Positions 12,330 through 26,561 are shown, counted from the stretch's first letter. The stretch is 64,000 nt of DNA from Octopus vulgaris (GCA_951406725.2 OX597816.1:93310001-93374000), one strand, 5' to 3'. Translations and numbers: made by a program. Notes: a model not told the origin generated them from the sequence alone.

Positions 12330-13780
12330 TAGCTACAAATCATTTTAATGCTTTAAATATACCATAAAATTCAACTGTTGCATTCATCCCAACAAACCTA
12401 TTTAAATTATCTGGCACCCTCTGAGAAAAACAGCATGAACAACAATGAATGCCATTAAAAGTATGTATTTCACATTTACCTTTTCTTATCTTCAACAGTA
12501 AATATTTATAGTCAAACAATTGATTTGTGGGTAAAGTAACAGCCTCAGTAACAACCTTTCCATACATAATGGGCTAATATCTAAAAGATTCTGTTAGAAC
12601 ATAATAGCAAATGTGGAGAAAGCGAACATCATTCTGACATAAATCCGTCAAGTATGTCAAATAATAAAGTTACTATCATCCATCAATGTGACCAGACCTA
12701 ATGTTAACCTAATCACCACTCTAAATTATGACTTTTCACAACTAAATCTATCCACATTCTCACTTTTCGTTTTCTCTTTTTTTTTTCTTCTTTCTCTCTT
12801 TATATATACTTACTCTCTGAAATATGCCAAGATATTATCCACTTTTTAAGCAGATATCGCTCAAAACATTTCTAAAGCTGTGGAACCATTGAGAAATTAT
12901 CCCTTCAGCAATATCTTCAATCTCTATCCTGCTTTAGTGATTACTATTACAAACTCTATAAAACCAGATTCCATTGTAGCCCACCCTTTCAAACAATAAG
13001 TTTTTTTTATTATTGTTATTCTTAATAACTTCTGTAAGCTACTACTTTCACTATTCCTGCAAAACTTCTTACTCATAGGTTTTTCCAAAATCTAAGCATT
13101 TGTTTTGGAAACTTTCTGAATTGTTTTGTTGTTACCTGCCAAGCAATCTTAACATTATTATAGACCTCCAGGCAAAGCAATGTATGAGGGCCTCTAGGAT
13201 TTATTTAAAAAACCCACAGAAAAGCCACAGACCAGAAAGTCACAGATTAATATTGGGACACTAGATCAAACACCCAAACAAATGCCCAGTGTGTCCAAGC
13301 ATTAAGCCAGAATGATCAACTGTGTCATGAAGTCTGTTTGTGACAACTTAAAGTGGTTTTCCTTGTCAAGTAATCCTTTTATGACATTATTCTCAGACTA
13401 AATCAACTAGCTGCCCCCTTTTCATCCTCACATACCCACAGTCTGGAGGGAGAGACTGTCTTTATTACCTTTTCAAATGCACCAAGACAGGTGACATTGA
13501 AGTATTTAATGTTTTTCTTCAACAAGTGAAATTTGGTGAGTGCAGAAAAAATATACCGGAAGGATGATATTCTAGGGAGGGTTCTAGGAGAAGTAGGTTG
13601 TGCTGATAATGGTTGGAAAACAGAATATGGAGATGAATGGAAGAGAGATATGGGAATCATGGGTGCATGGATAGAAATGGCATGATGGGGAGACAGCATT
13701 TCTTTGTGCCAGACATTTAAGATGCTTTGGTGAGCAACTTCATGACAGTTGGTTGTGTGGTTTTGTTTTTTGGACAAAAT
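12330..13780. mobile_element. Very old LINE-like remnants (possible ORF1 on -, ORF2 C-terminus on +)
   Basis: Purine skew and Cys-containing fragments similar in style to 37140-42300. No clean motif. Confidence 0.25.
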
Positions 13781-14689
13781 CTATAATGTGTGTGTGTGTG
13801 TGTGCATATAACATAGATGAGGGAACAGTATTTCATTGTATATCTCAATTGAGCTTAGTGTAGAGTTCGCAGTTGTTTGGATACAAATATTTTATGATTG
13901 TATAGAGGAAAGCCAGGTTTTGTGAAGCAATCTTCAGTATCTTACGGAAGGAAACTACAACATTGCATGCCTGCTCACTTCTCATGAATAATTCTGAAAG
14001 GCAAGCTTTCCTAGAGAGAATACTTTGCCTTTCAGAAGCAAATTTAACCAAAATCTACTTCAGTCCTAAATTGTTGCTAAAATTTTATTAAGCAGTAATA
14101 CAGCTTGCACTTAAATAACATTTACTCGAAAAAATCTAGACATCTTCTAGGATAATTTGTATACATTCTCTTACACCCTTCACCAGTGACTTATTATTTA
14201 AGAATGAGTTCCCTTTGTTGCAGATTAGAACTGAAAAGACACTGGTCTTTCACAATATATTAACATAAAGAAAAAGAACATTTGCTAAAGATGATGCAAA
14301 TGTTTTTATAATTCTGAGTTCATAATATCTTTTATCATTGGATTCCAATGGGACTCTCGATCTCTTTGAAGTTAATTACTTTGTGCCAGTTCTAAGAAAA
14401 TTCTCATGTCTTCCACTAATTTTATTTTAGACAAACTTAAAATTCTTTTTTCTGTTTTAAATATACAGACACAGACTCATATGTATATTTAAGATGATTA
14501 CTTTACAATCCAATAGCTTCAGATTCAAGCTGACTTCATGATACCTTAGAAAAGTGTCTTACTACAGCGCCAGATTCGCTTGTATTTTGAGAGTGAAATT
14601 TAGGGCATAGAAAGTGCAAAGAATCCCCCACAATATGTGTGTGAGTGTGTGTGTGTATGTGTGTGTACATGCTTGCAAGATATCTATAT

Positions 14690-15420
14690 ACACAATTGAG
14701 CCTCTCACCTAATTTCTTCATCCAATCTTCGCTCCATCCCTTCATTCTCTACCAGTAACCTCTCTTTCATTTGCCAGCTGCAATGTTTTGCTGCTGTAAT
14801 CAAATGAGGGCAGAACTACATATTTTATATCCTTTATATGATACCAGTTTTTTTTTTTCATTATCTGGAACCACTCCAATTGACTTCTGTCCTTTATTCT
14901 TACATTGTCTCTCTTCACTATCACACCATTCTTTAATGCTATCAAATTATCTCACCCTTTTCCTCTCTTCAGAACCACTTCCTGTTAGTTTGCCCATGTC
15001 ACCATACACCTCTCACTCTCTCCCAATGCACATTGTCTTACCACACACACTTTTTCAAACTCTTGTCACTCACAGTCATGCAACCTAGCCACCCACTTCT
15101 TTTTCTCTCTATCCTGCTGTGCTTCACCTTTCTGTATCATCAATTAGCACCTTTTCACCAACTCACACATATTATCAATTACCCCTATCATTCCCTACAT
15201 TCAGCCCTATACCCTTCCCAATCTCTAGCCATTACTTCTCCCTATCTTCAATCCAGCCCATATTTTATCATAGACCTCCCTCCTCCACCTCGACCCTTAT
15301 TCATCATTCAGTATATTTGCCTCTTTATCCTGTTTCTTACCATCCCTCACTCTCTCTCTCCCCATACACTCTTGGTATCTCTATTCTACCTCACTCCCTG
15401 TTCTTCTGCCACCAGGGTCT
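14690..15420. repeat. Low-complexity C/T-rich tract
   Basis: About 700 bp strongly depleted in G on the + strand. The overlapping ORFs are compositional artefacts. Confidence 0.7.
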
Positions 15421-15960
15421 ATACTAACAACTCATATCACAACCATGTTTATTTCACATTCCAGTTCCATGCTGATTACTTCCACCCAATCTAGTATAAT
15501 ATGTCAACATTTTAAACTAGAGATCAGAAAGTTTTACAAGATGTAGGCACCTTGACAAGTTTCAGTTATTAAACTAGAAGACAACACCCCCCCTACCCAA
15601 CTCACCAGGTTAGATGCACAGTTTAACACACTTTAGCCCTTGTCCAATTTAACTTCCCCTACTAAGAATAGTTAATTTAGATATAAACACTCAATATTTA
15701 TAATATTCTTCATCTAAAAGATTAAAAGAGTAAATATTTATTTCCCCATTCCTGTCAAAATTTTAGTCTTTTTACCTTTCATTTTTTCCAATTTACTTCT
15801 TGGATTTCCTTGCGGAGTAGCCCTATCATTTGAGCATAATCATTGTGTACGGTATGCTAAACAAATCAGTTCAGTTATTGCTATATCCTAGCATGGAAAC
15901 TGAAATAGCTCCTATATAACTCCTATATTCATTAAATAATATATACACACTCATACACAT

Positions 15961-16220
15961 AGGCACAGGAGTAGATGTGTGGTAAGAAGCTTGCTTATTA
16001 ACCACATGGTCGCGGGTTCAGTATCACTGTGCAGCACCTTGGGCAAGTGTCTTCTACTATAGCCTCAGGCCAACCAAAGTCTTGTGAGTGAATTTGGTAA
16101 ATGGAAACTGGAAGAAGCCTGTCATATAGGTATATGTGTGTGTATATGTTTGTGTGTCTGTGTTTCTGTCTCCCCCACCACCAACATCGCTTGACAACTG
16201 ATGCTGATGTGTTTATGTTC
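15961..16220 (+). mobile_element. SINE family A, 3'-truncated
   Basis: gtgtggtaagaagcttgct..gggttcagt..ttgggcaagtgtcttctactatagcctc..cgcttgacaactgatgctg. Confidence 0.85.
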
Positions 16221-17149
16221 AATGTATCAATATCTTAATATCTATGTTAATAATCAAGCTTCCATTTTCTAACTCTTAGTAGAGAACTAATGGGCTATTC
16301 TCCTCCATGAGCTCCTGCCAAAGTTTACTTATCTGCTCATCTATGCCGCATGCTGTCTCCTCAATGTATGTAATTGTCCTGTTTCTGCAATTGTAATAAG
16401 TAAACTCATATACATACATGCAAAATACACATACTAAATGCATATACACACACACAGAAGGAAACACATGTGCAGATAAGAATACATACCACAGGAAGAC
16501 AAAATGGAATAAACAGAACAAGGGAAGATACATAGGATAGAGAGTCACTGAAGTGGTTGCAGGACGTGTGATGAAAAGACTTTGACAAAGAAACTAAAAT
16601 GAAAATAATAGAGCTGAAGTGAAGACTAAATATATAGTGCGTGTGTTTAATTGGCAAAATATGACCATCCTCAACTATAACAATGGAAAAAATATATTTT
16701 AATTCTTTCTTCTTCAGAACATGCCTATTTTTACATCACAAATTTTTTCTCTATCTACAATTATGTAATTATCAAATTTAAACATCAACTATCGAATGAT
16801 TTTCAATCACCAACCCTGTACCAATCCCACCTAAAATTACTCAATGCACCTGCTTTTATTGTATTTCACCCTTTAGGTTAAAAATTTTTTTTTTTTTTTT
16901 ACAATCACTTCTCTTCTATATGAAAACATGACCTAATAAAAGCAACCAAATTCTTCTTAAACTACATTACTATCTTGGAAACAAAAGACATATTGGATTA
17001 TGTAGCATTGGGTATGGTGTGAAAAATAAGATGGGATATATTGTCTTTAATAAGATGGAACAGACAGACATGGCTGGAATAGACTGAACTTATCTGACCT
17101 AGATCAGACTGAAATGAAGAAACAATTACAACAGTAACTCCAACATCTG

Positions 17150-17700
17150 AAATACCTTTTATGAGACCTAGCACCTTAATATCTGACCTCTGACCTCATT
17201 GCTTCTTTTCATGTATTCTTCAGCTTACTTCTGCTCCTGTCAGTACACCATACTTTTTGACCTAGCATTATCTGTAAAAATACTAATAATGATAATAAAA
17301 ACCTCAATATTCCAACATCACTAGTAGTATATCTACTTTGCAGCAGCCCAACTTTGTAAAATAATATTTCTTTGCAATAAATTAACTCATGACTCATTAA
17401 TTCATCAGAAATTTCCATAACAATCTATACCACGTGGGATTTTCTGAAAAGTCCTCTCATGTATAACAAAAGATAATAAAATCACTTGTACTAAGATAGA
17501 AATTGTGTGTAAAATATGACTGTCCCAATAATAACACCAATCTACATGCTGCTTATCATTACTATAGAACATTCTACTATCTTCTTCAATCAGTGTATTG
17601 ATTTTAGACACCTATAATTTTTCAATTCTATCTGGCATGCAGCAAAAAAAGCAATGCTAAAGAGTTAGCTATCTGTCAATGGTGCACTATGGGTACAAAT
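17150..17700 (-). mobile_element. Degraded LINE RT fragment (RTE-like)
   Basis: Only weak, frameshifted similarity to the RTE RT region. Confidence 0.25.
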
Positions 17701-18599
17701 ACAGTGTGTTGCACACTATAATAGGGTATGCTTGAAGATAATTTTATAAAACAAATGTTCTATGTAAATTGGCTTTATATCTTGCTTATAAATAATGTGG
17801 AAAATGTGAAATGTATAGAAATATTGGAAACTACTGCAGAGATGCAGTTCTAGCATATCCGGAATATAAAATATTGCTAAGTATATAATTAATTTAACTC
17901 TTTTTTTAATGTAGGGATTTCATTAACTCAGCAACAAAATTTTGGCCTGTAATCTTTAGCTCAAAAATTCTTCCCATCTTTCAAGTCATTGTAGCATTAC
18001 CTTAGAAAATCCCACATGCTCTGATTTCCCTCTTGCACAAAAAACCAGAATTAAGAGCTTTTACCAAGCACCTGAAACCATTTCTTTCTTTCTTCTTGCA
18101 TTTACTACATAGATTCTTGGTCAATGCAGAAATAAATTCTAGATCAATGCATAAAGTTTATGAAAGGATTAAAAGGAAAAAGCTATTTCTAAATATTGTT
18201 ATAAGAATTCAGTGCCCATTCTACCTTTTCTCTTTCCCAAATTTGACTGTAGTCAGTCCTTCAGTTTATTTATTAAATCAGTTTCTGATTTGCAAGAATT
18301 TTCTTATCAATGTTTTTTTTCTTTGAATGCCTCTGTTTTTTTTTTTTTTATATATTCAAATGATTGAAAACCTTAACATATTTCACTTATCTCAATTCAT
18401 TCAAAACATTTTCATTGTATTTTCATATTCTTTGTCAAGTCATTGGCAATACTCTACATCCCATTATAACATAAGATATGAAGAATGTTGTTAGAAAGTA
18501 ATGTACAGTTTGTGATTTTAATAATATAAGACAAATGTGGATCAAGACAAATTTCCAAATGTGAAAAATGTAGCTGTAAACATTACCATTATCAACAGC

Positions 18600-18975
18600 A
18601 GTATCATTATCATTCATTGTTTTGACATCCACTTTTCCATGGTGCATATGTTAGAGGAATTTACTTATAGTGTTGCTAACCCTCACCTGTTTCCTAGAAT
18701 ATTTCCTTATTGTCAGGTATGTTTTTTACTGAAGATTGGTGATGAACAACATTCATTTTTAACTACCACACAATGTCAAGATAAGGGGGTACCCTCTTAC
18801 ACACAGACATACAATGGGCTTCTTTTAGTTCTCTTTACCAAATTCACTCACAAGACTTTCATTGGTTCAGGACTACAGTTGGAAACATTTGTCCAAGGTG
18901 CCTCACTGTGGCAGTGAATCCAAAACAAAATAGTTGGGAAACAAACATCTTAATCACACAACCATACGTGCACCT
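18600..18975 (-). mobile_element. Reversed RTE-type tail variant plus reversed SINE A head
   Basis: gacatccacttttccatg..ctaaccctcacctgtttcc, shared with 43980-44170; aaattcactcacaagac..tgtccaaggtgcc..cttaatcacaca. Confidence 0.65.
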
Positions 18976-19963
18976 ACAAAGCCATACCTGTAATATTTGT
19001 TACTTTTGAATTGACTCCATTTTATGCTTGGAATCTTTTTGAAGCATATATTCTTAAATCAGTCCAATAATGGAAATAATATTTCGTTACTATTGAATAA
19101 TTTTCTATCATTCTTGCAGACATGTAACATTGCAAGATTTTATGTATTGCTCAAGGAGTCTGCTTTAATTTGTTTTCACCCAAACTATATTATGTAGTTA
19201 TAGTGTGATGTGTAAAATTTTAATGATAATTACAGATAACTAATAATTTTTTGTAACATTATTATTCAAGTGAAAAACAGAGCTCTAAAAATGTACTCAT
19301 TGGTAATCACTTATCAACCAAGAATATTTTGTCTTCACACAAAATTATTGCAAGGAAATAATTTAATGAAGAAAACTGAAGAGGCCATTCAATGTGCTCA
19401 CATCTCTACTACAATTATATATGCTGATTCCTTGTATTTCTTCCATTTTCCCTTAATCAGCCTTTCTTTCCCTATTTAATCTGTCCACTTAGCATAACTT
19501 CTTTCAAGTATACCAATTTAACATCTACATTGCTTTCAAATATATTTTTAACTCAACCAGATTTACTTTCTTCGAATGCAATGCTTTAGTATATTTATCA
19601 ATGGGTATGTGACACCCTGATAATGTTAAACAACACTAAAAATGAAAAATTATTTGTCTCATTATCTAATTCATTTTATCACTTTCCATAGATATCATCA
19701 AACAATATGTATAAAAAGAACTTAGCCACTCTAGCTAAATCTCACTGAAGTGTTGTATTCTTTATATTTCCAAAATAATATCAAGACTGGAATTTCTTTT
19801 AAAAGCACAGATATCTTTCATCTCTGACCATTTGTTGATTCTCTGCAAGGCTAAAATATACTACAAAGGGAGTGCTCTATACTCTAAGCATCCAATTCAA
19901 GAATACATTTAAAATATAAAAGACATTTTCAGTGTATATAAATATGCATACATACATACATGC

Positions 19964-20034
<71 letters not shown>

Positions 20035-23000
20035 TATACATACATATATATACACATATATACATACATATATATATACATACACTCACACACACACACA
20101 CACACACATATGTGTGGTGTGTGGTGTGTGTTGAGTCTTCATTCCATTATCATGCTACACTCTTTTGTTGCTTCTTTCATCACTACTTAAACAGACACTA
20201 TTCTTGAAAGCTGGCGAGCTATACTCTTTAATTTTTTTGAATACACTTATTGTAGCCACTTCTCTGTGTCTTGAATGTGTGCAAATAGATATAAGTAGAA
20301 ATAAAACTAGGTGTTTATTTTTGTTGCCAATGGAACCTTTAACCCCGAAATATTGATAGACCTATGAATTGAATTATGTACTTTTAGCATATTTTCTCAT
20401 TTTTCCTTTATTTTATTCTACATTTCTTTCCATATAACATTAATACTTAGCAAGAATGATAAGCAAATGTTTCTAGGCAAAAGAACAGAAACTGAACAGA
20501 AATAGCTTTTTAAATATTATAAAATTCTTCAAAATGGTATAAAATTTATTGAATATTAATTTAGATTTTGTATATTTTTATATTTTAATAATTTTATCCA
20601 AAGCAAAATCAAGAACAAATTACATTACAACACTCAACTGAAAATAAATCTCCTTTCATTACCCTAACCACAAATTAGCTGTGAATATGATCTTTCTATC
20701 TCTTAGAGGATTTTGCTATAAAAAAGAAATAATTTTCACAAGTTGTTAGAAAGATTACTATAAATTTTATACAAATTCAAACATTATTAAACCTTTTGTG
20801 ATATGTGACAGCTGGCAATTAATCAAATCATATATTGTGCAGATTCCTTTTTCTTCCATCTAACATTCACTGCAATACAGGTTATAATACATCTAGTTAC
20901 ATGCATAATTATCCCTTTCTTTCTTTTTTTTTTAATTTTTAGGAGATTGACTTGTTACAACATTTACATGCTACTTTTTAATGTATAAATGAAATATTGT
21001 TATGCAGAAATTCCAATTCATTGAATAGTCAGCTTGTTTGTTTCTTTATTGTCCATTCCTCAAACACAACAGAAGTGATGAAAAGAACAAATGATGAGCT
21101 GGCTATTTGAATAATCATTTTATTGATTGAATATTGCAAACTTTACAGCAACACAAAAGGAAATAATTCTTTGGCTATATTTTACAAGGGAAAGATCTTG
21201 TCATTTAAATCAACAAATTGAGCTATTTACTGAAACTAGAATGAAACTTGATAATGAAAAAAAATTATTATTTTCATTATTATTGCTTTTTGTTGTTGTT
21301 GTTATTGTTGTTATTGCTGTTGTTGTTGTTGTTATTGTTGGTGTTATTATTATCACTATTATGATTACTTCTCTTTTTTTTTTTCAACTTACAGACTCTT
21401 TTCAAACATTAAAAGTGGAAGATGTAATCAGATAAGAATTAAATTTCCTCCTATTTAAAGTTGAAATAATTGGCAATCAGGACAAAATTAATTTCTTCTG
21501 CCATGAAAAATTATCTTTTACCTCTTTTTACCTTTAATTTTCAACCTCACAAGATAATTTGTTTTTATCAAAAACAGTCTAGAGTGAGTTTAATGGCTAA
21601 CATGATGAACTTGTGGTTTATAGATCATTAAAGAAGTTTCTTACTCTACTTTCTTTATGCTTGCTAAGATATGTACCAGCATCACTTCATAATTTAGTGT
21701 TTAACATGGGCTAGTGAATCCAATTACATAAACAATCTTTGCTAAGGATTTTCTGACTAATTTTATATTTTGTCAGAATAGCGGCTTCATGACTAAATTT
21801 GTCTTGTCTAGCCAAACTTAATGTGGAAAATAATAATGTAAAATAAGAGAAGGGAATATAATCATTAATACTAGATGTCAATTTGTAGTCAAATACTTTA
21901 CAACTAATGAACATTTCCATTTCTAAGAACAATAGTATTGTTACTCTCTTTTATGATAGGGAAGTTGTTTAGTTAAATGAATACATCAAGAATGCTAGAG
22001 CCGCTAAGTAGCATATATTTAGTCTAATCTTATATCACCAGTTGTTTCAGACAGTTAATGCATCACATACAGAATTTATTCTTCAATTCTGGCAGAAAAA
22101 AAAAGCTGTTTTTGTCCAATGCAAGATAAATGCAGTTAAAAGAAGATATGGATTTAATAAACAGACATTATTGTCAGGAATGCTATTCAAGTGAATAGAA
22201 ATAACCACTGTTTGAGGATGTGTCAATGGAAACAGTAATAATTCTAAACAACTGTCTCAGATTGTTTAACTTTAGCATTAGTATTTTTTATCATTTAGGA
22301 GTGAATGAAAATTGTTTGTGGTTGCTGGTCAAGTAGATGTTTAGTTTGTATCCTCTCAGTTGCACTGACTAGTACCCAGTTCACATCATCATAAATAGAT
22401 AGATATCATAGGGGTGTACAGCATATGACATTGTATAATTGAAAATGTTTTGCTAATATTTTATTTAATTGTTTATCTGAGCATTCAAGATCATTATGGC
22501 TCTCCTAGAATTAAGACATCAATATATGTGATGTTCACAATTGAACATTTGGTAAGTTGATCCATACAGAAAAAATATGAGATGTGAGAGAAACCCAGAG
22601 ATGTAAAGTCAAGAAAGATTTAATAAAATAATTTTTTTAATAAAATACGTAAAGCATGATGCAATGCAGTTAAACAGAAATGGTTACAGTTTGCTAGTTC
22701 AGAGGAGCAGAAGTTAAGTTCATCTGTGAATTAGTGTGTGATGTGTTAGTTTCTGAGGGGAGGGGATAGACTGTGTGCCTGTGCATCAATACTACTCAAA
22801 CATGCAAGAATTTAATATGAGTATCAGTATAGCAATGTAGAGGATCAGCAACAAATCAGAGTTGAAATGTTTCTGAGCCTGAATAGGAAGCCTAGACATT
22901 GAGCCGTAGTTTTGGTCATATTACAATATGAGTGAGGTTGTCATGGTCAGTCAAATCGTCAAATCGTCCAACTCATGCTAGCATGGAAAGCGGACATCAA

Positions 23001-23857
23001 ACAATGATGATAATGATGATATATATATATATATATACACACACAACACACATACATATATATATTTATATTTTTGTATACATACATACATACCCATATA
23101 TAATTATATGTATATGTGTATATGTGTATATATATATGTGTGTGTGTGTGTGTGTATGCACGTACATACATGTGTGTATGTGTGTGCTTGTGTCTGCATG
23201 TGTTTCTTAACTTCAAAGAACCTTGCTATGAAACACAGATGATGTCGTATGCTTGCAATCAACAATGAAAGCATTTCTGAGCTATTCATTGTTCTATAAA
23301 CTAAGGGATTGCTGGGAAATGGGTGATGGTTAATGATAGAAAGGGCATCTGACTGTAGACAATCTCCTTGGATAAATTCTATGTGATCTATACAAAAATG
23401 GAATAGTGGACATTACATTAAATATGAATGTCTGCGATGACGACAGTAGTGGCAGCAACAGCAGCAATGACAATGGCGGCAATGAAGTTGTGGAACATAG
23501 TTTATTTCATTTTGTTGTTTTTTTACTGTGTATTTAATTATATACATTACATCTTGTGAACTATTGACTTTTTTGTCTTCTGCTAATCTCATATTTTAAT
23601 TTCCCATTAGAAGACAGTTGAGCTAAATAGTAATTTATTTTCATTAATCTATATTCTGAGTTGAAATCTTGCTTGTTCTTTAGTTTGTTATAGTTATCAT
23701 GGTTAAGGACATCATGCTGATGTAATAAATACCTGTAATATCCTGGGGTCATGCCTATCGTATCCTGACTGTACTGCATCCAACAAAATTTATCTCAGAA
23801 GTGAATAACATTTTGTAGAAAGAGCAGTAAAAGTGACTGGGATAACAAAGCATTAAA

Positions 23858-24256
23858 TCTGTATATATAAAGCTGAAGATGTCTGTATGTGTGTGGCAGG
23901 TTTGGTAGCCTTCAACTAACACTTTCTCCTCAGAGACCCTGCAGTGCAAGTTGACCAAAATTGAGAGTATGATAAAAGAAGGCTTGCTCTTCATTCCGTA
24001 GGAGACAAAATTCAAATCGGACCATGTTAAGACCAAAAATTATTTACATCAAAAGGTACTTTTTTTCTATGAAAATCCCTATTTTTTACGATTTTTTGAC
24101 TGCTGTGTCGCCATTTCTCGGTGTATTTCAACCAGAAAAATGTTCACTTAAAGAGAATAACAAGCTACATAATGCAACATTTTTACTTTTCAACAATTCC
24201 AATTCTAAAGGGTCGAAAAGAAAACAAACCCGAGCAACGCCGGGCTATACTGCTAG
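23858..24256 (+). mobile_element. Non-autonomous Helitron
   Basis: A|TCtgtatatataaagctgaag ... cccgagcaacgccggg hairpin + ctatactgCTAG|T; no TSD; termini shared with 36593-37092. Confidence 0.85.
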
Positions 24257-25023
24257 TACATTATAATATCTTATTTGAAGTTTTTTTTTTTTTGGCTTTT
24301 TTTTTCCAGTACCAGTTTCAAAACTGTGGAGATGTCTTCATCTTTTACCCTTTCATTTCAAGACAATATGCACTTGTAAAATAGTTAATATACTTTACTT
24401 TGAAAAAAAACATTTGATTTGTATAATGGAATACATAATTAGTCTTCAGTGGAAACTGGATAATATCAAGTTGTTATAAGGCACATGAGGGTAGGGAGTA
24501 TAACTCTTACATCTGTGACTGTGATCATGTATTTACATTAAAACCAGTGATAATTAGAATAAAACTATCTCATTTGGCTTTAATTTTCTCCATTCACTTC
24601 AAGAAGAATCATGAGAGATTTGCGTTAGTATGATGATCACTAGTCTTTGTCAAACTCTACAGTCATGTACAGTGGCTTAGCATTGCAATTGTGCTTCCAG
24701 TTCATCTAATGTTAGTATTAGTTCTTTTTCAATTGCATGGCGATAATGGCAAGTTTTTTCACTATCACAAATGATCAATTGTGGTGTTTTCAGCATCCTT
24801 CCTTGTTATACAAATATACTGGCATTTTTCTTAGGTCTTTCTTTTTACCATATACACCCCTATGTAATCCAACTGTATTAATCTCAATATATCAATAATT
24901 TGGTAACTACAAAATATAGATGCAACGTATGTTGTATTAGTGTCTTTCAATCTCTTAATTAGAGATTGTATATCAGCACTTCAAAAGAAAACTGGCTGAA
25001 AAGATAAACTATTGGGTTCCTAA

Positions 25024-25423
25024 CATGACTGTGTGGTTGGAAAACCTGCTTCCCAACCACATGGTTTTGGGTTCAGTTCCACTGCATTGCACCTTAGGTA
25101 AGTGTCTTTTCTAAAATTCCAGGCAGACCAAAGCCATGAAAGTGGATTTGGTCAAATGGAAACTGAAAAGAAAGCCTATTGTATGTACGTACATATGTAC
25201 TTACATGCATACATACATACATACACACAATCACACACACACGTGTGCATGAATGCATGCATGCATGAACATACACAGATACATACATACATACATACAT
25301 ACATACATACATACATACACACATACATACATACACACATACATACATACACACATGTATACATACACACATACATACATACATACATACATACATACAT
25401 ACATACATACATACATACATACA

Positions 25424-25453
<30 letters not shown>
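25024..25453 (+). mobile_element. SINE family A head with expanded (TACA)n microsatellite
   Basis: catgactgtgtggttgg..ggttttgggttcagttcc..ggaaactgaaaagaaagcc followed by ~250 bp of (TACA)n. Confidence 0.85.
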
Positions 25454-25455
<2 letters not shown>

Positions 25456-26278
25456 CAGGGTGTTCGAGTTAAACTTGAGAAAAATTAGCTAACATGGGGG
25501 ACTGGAAACCATCTGAATATTGGAAAAAAGTTACCTGCATCATGATTATTTGCACCAAGTATCAAAATGCCAACATCATGACTGCTGTTTACTGTTCTGT
25601 GAACAGTATAATGGTTATACGATATAACAATCCTTATGATGTCTCGTGTGTCATGAAAATCAAGTTCCCCAAACCATAATGGTCTTTGAGTGTGTCTCCA
25701 ATTAAAGTGACATTATGTCACACCACACCTTTGAACAGGGCCTTAGGCTCAGTTCAGACCGCCATGTGAGGCTGTTGGAGACTGTGGTCAAACTCTGGTT
25801 AAAGAGGGTTGCTGTTGGAGAGCCATATATGTGATAGCAGAATTCAGCTTCTTGATATATTTTCAGAAAGTGACAGAAATGCTTGTCAGAGAATTTCTAC
25901 GAATTCACCAACCCCAATATTTGGCCTCCTAATTTCCCTGATTGTAATTCGATGGATTACTATGTGTGGGGCATGGTTGAGAAAGATACCAACATCTCTT
26001 CCTGCAACATCAAGGTCAAGCTGGCGGGTAGGATCAGGGAAGTGTTTGAAGATCTTCCCTAGGACACAGAGAGGCTCACATGTGCCAGGTTCTGGAGCCA
26101 TCCTGAGGGTATGGTGTAACCTTCGGGCAGCTACTTTAAGTAAACTGTTATCTCCCAGTCATAATCTAGTTGATATTTTTTAATTTTTTAAAAAAACTTC
26201 CATTTTTAGATGTGTTATGGGGCTAATGTGTTTTCCTTTATTTTAATGCAAACTGTCAAATATAGCCCAAACACTCTG
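25456..26278 (+). mobile_element. maT/DD37D-like Tc1-mariner element, internally deleted
   Basis: TA|cagggtgttcgagttaaacttgag ... tcaaatatagcccaaacactctg|TA TIRs; transposase remnants KFPKP..IMVFECVS, GLRLSS..LETVVKLW and IWPPNFPDCNSMDYYVWGMVE. Confidence 0.85.
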
Positions 26279-26286
26279 TATATGCA

Positions 26287-26323
<37 letters not shown>

Positions 26324-26326
<3 letters not shown>

Positions 26327-26527
26327 GAGGGGACAAACAAGGACAGACAAAACAGATTAAGTCAATTACATCGACCCCAGTATGTAACTGGTACTTAATT
26401 TATCGACCCCGAAAGGATGAAAGGCATAGTTTAACCTCGGCGGAATTTGAACTCAGGACGTAACGGCAGACGAAATATGGTACGCATTTCGCCCAGCGTG
26501 CTAACACTTCTGCCAGCTCACTGCCGA
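26324..26527 (-). mobile_element. SINE family B, relatively young (CpG-rich)
   Basis: Colinear with 8990-9219; tcgaccccgaaaggatgaaaggc core. Confidence 0.85.
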
Positions 26528-26530
26528 GTG

Positions 26531-26561
<31 letters not shown>

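Noticed and set aside
25094-25492. Several overlapping 70-130-aa ORFs (MYVC/HTYI repeats)
   Set aside because: (TACA)n read-through. The same applies to the ORFs at about 2822, 4537, 11861, 19877, 22932 and 59382.
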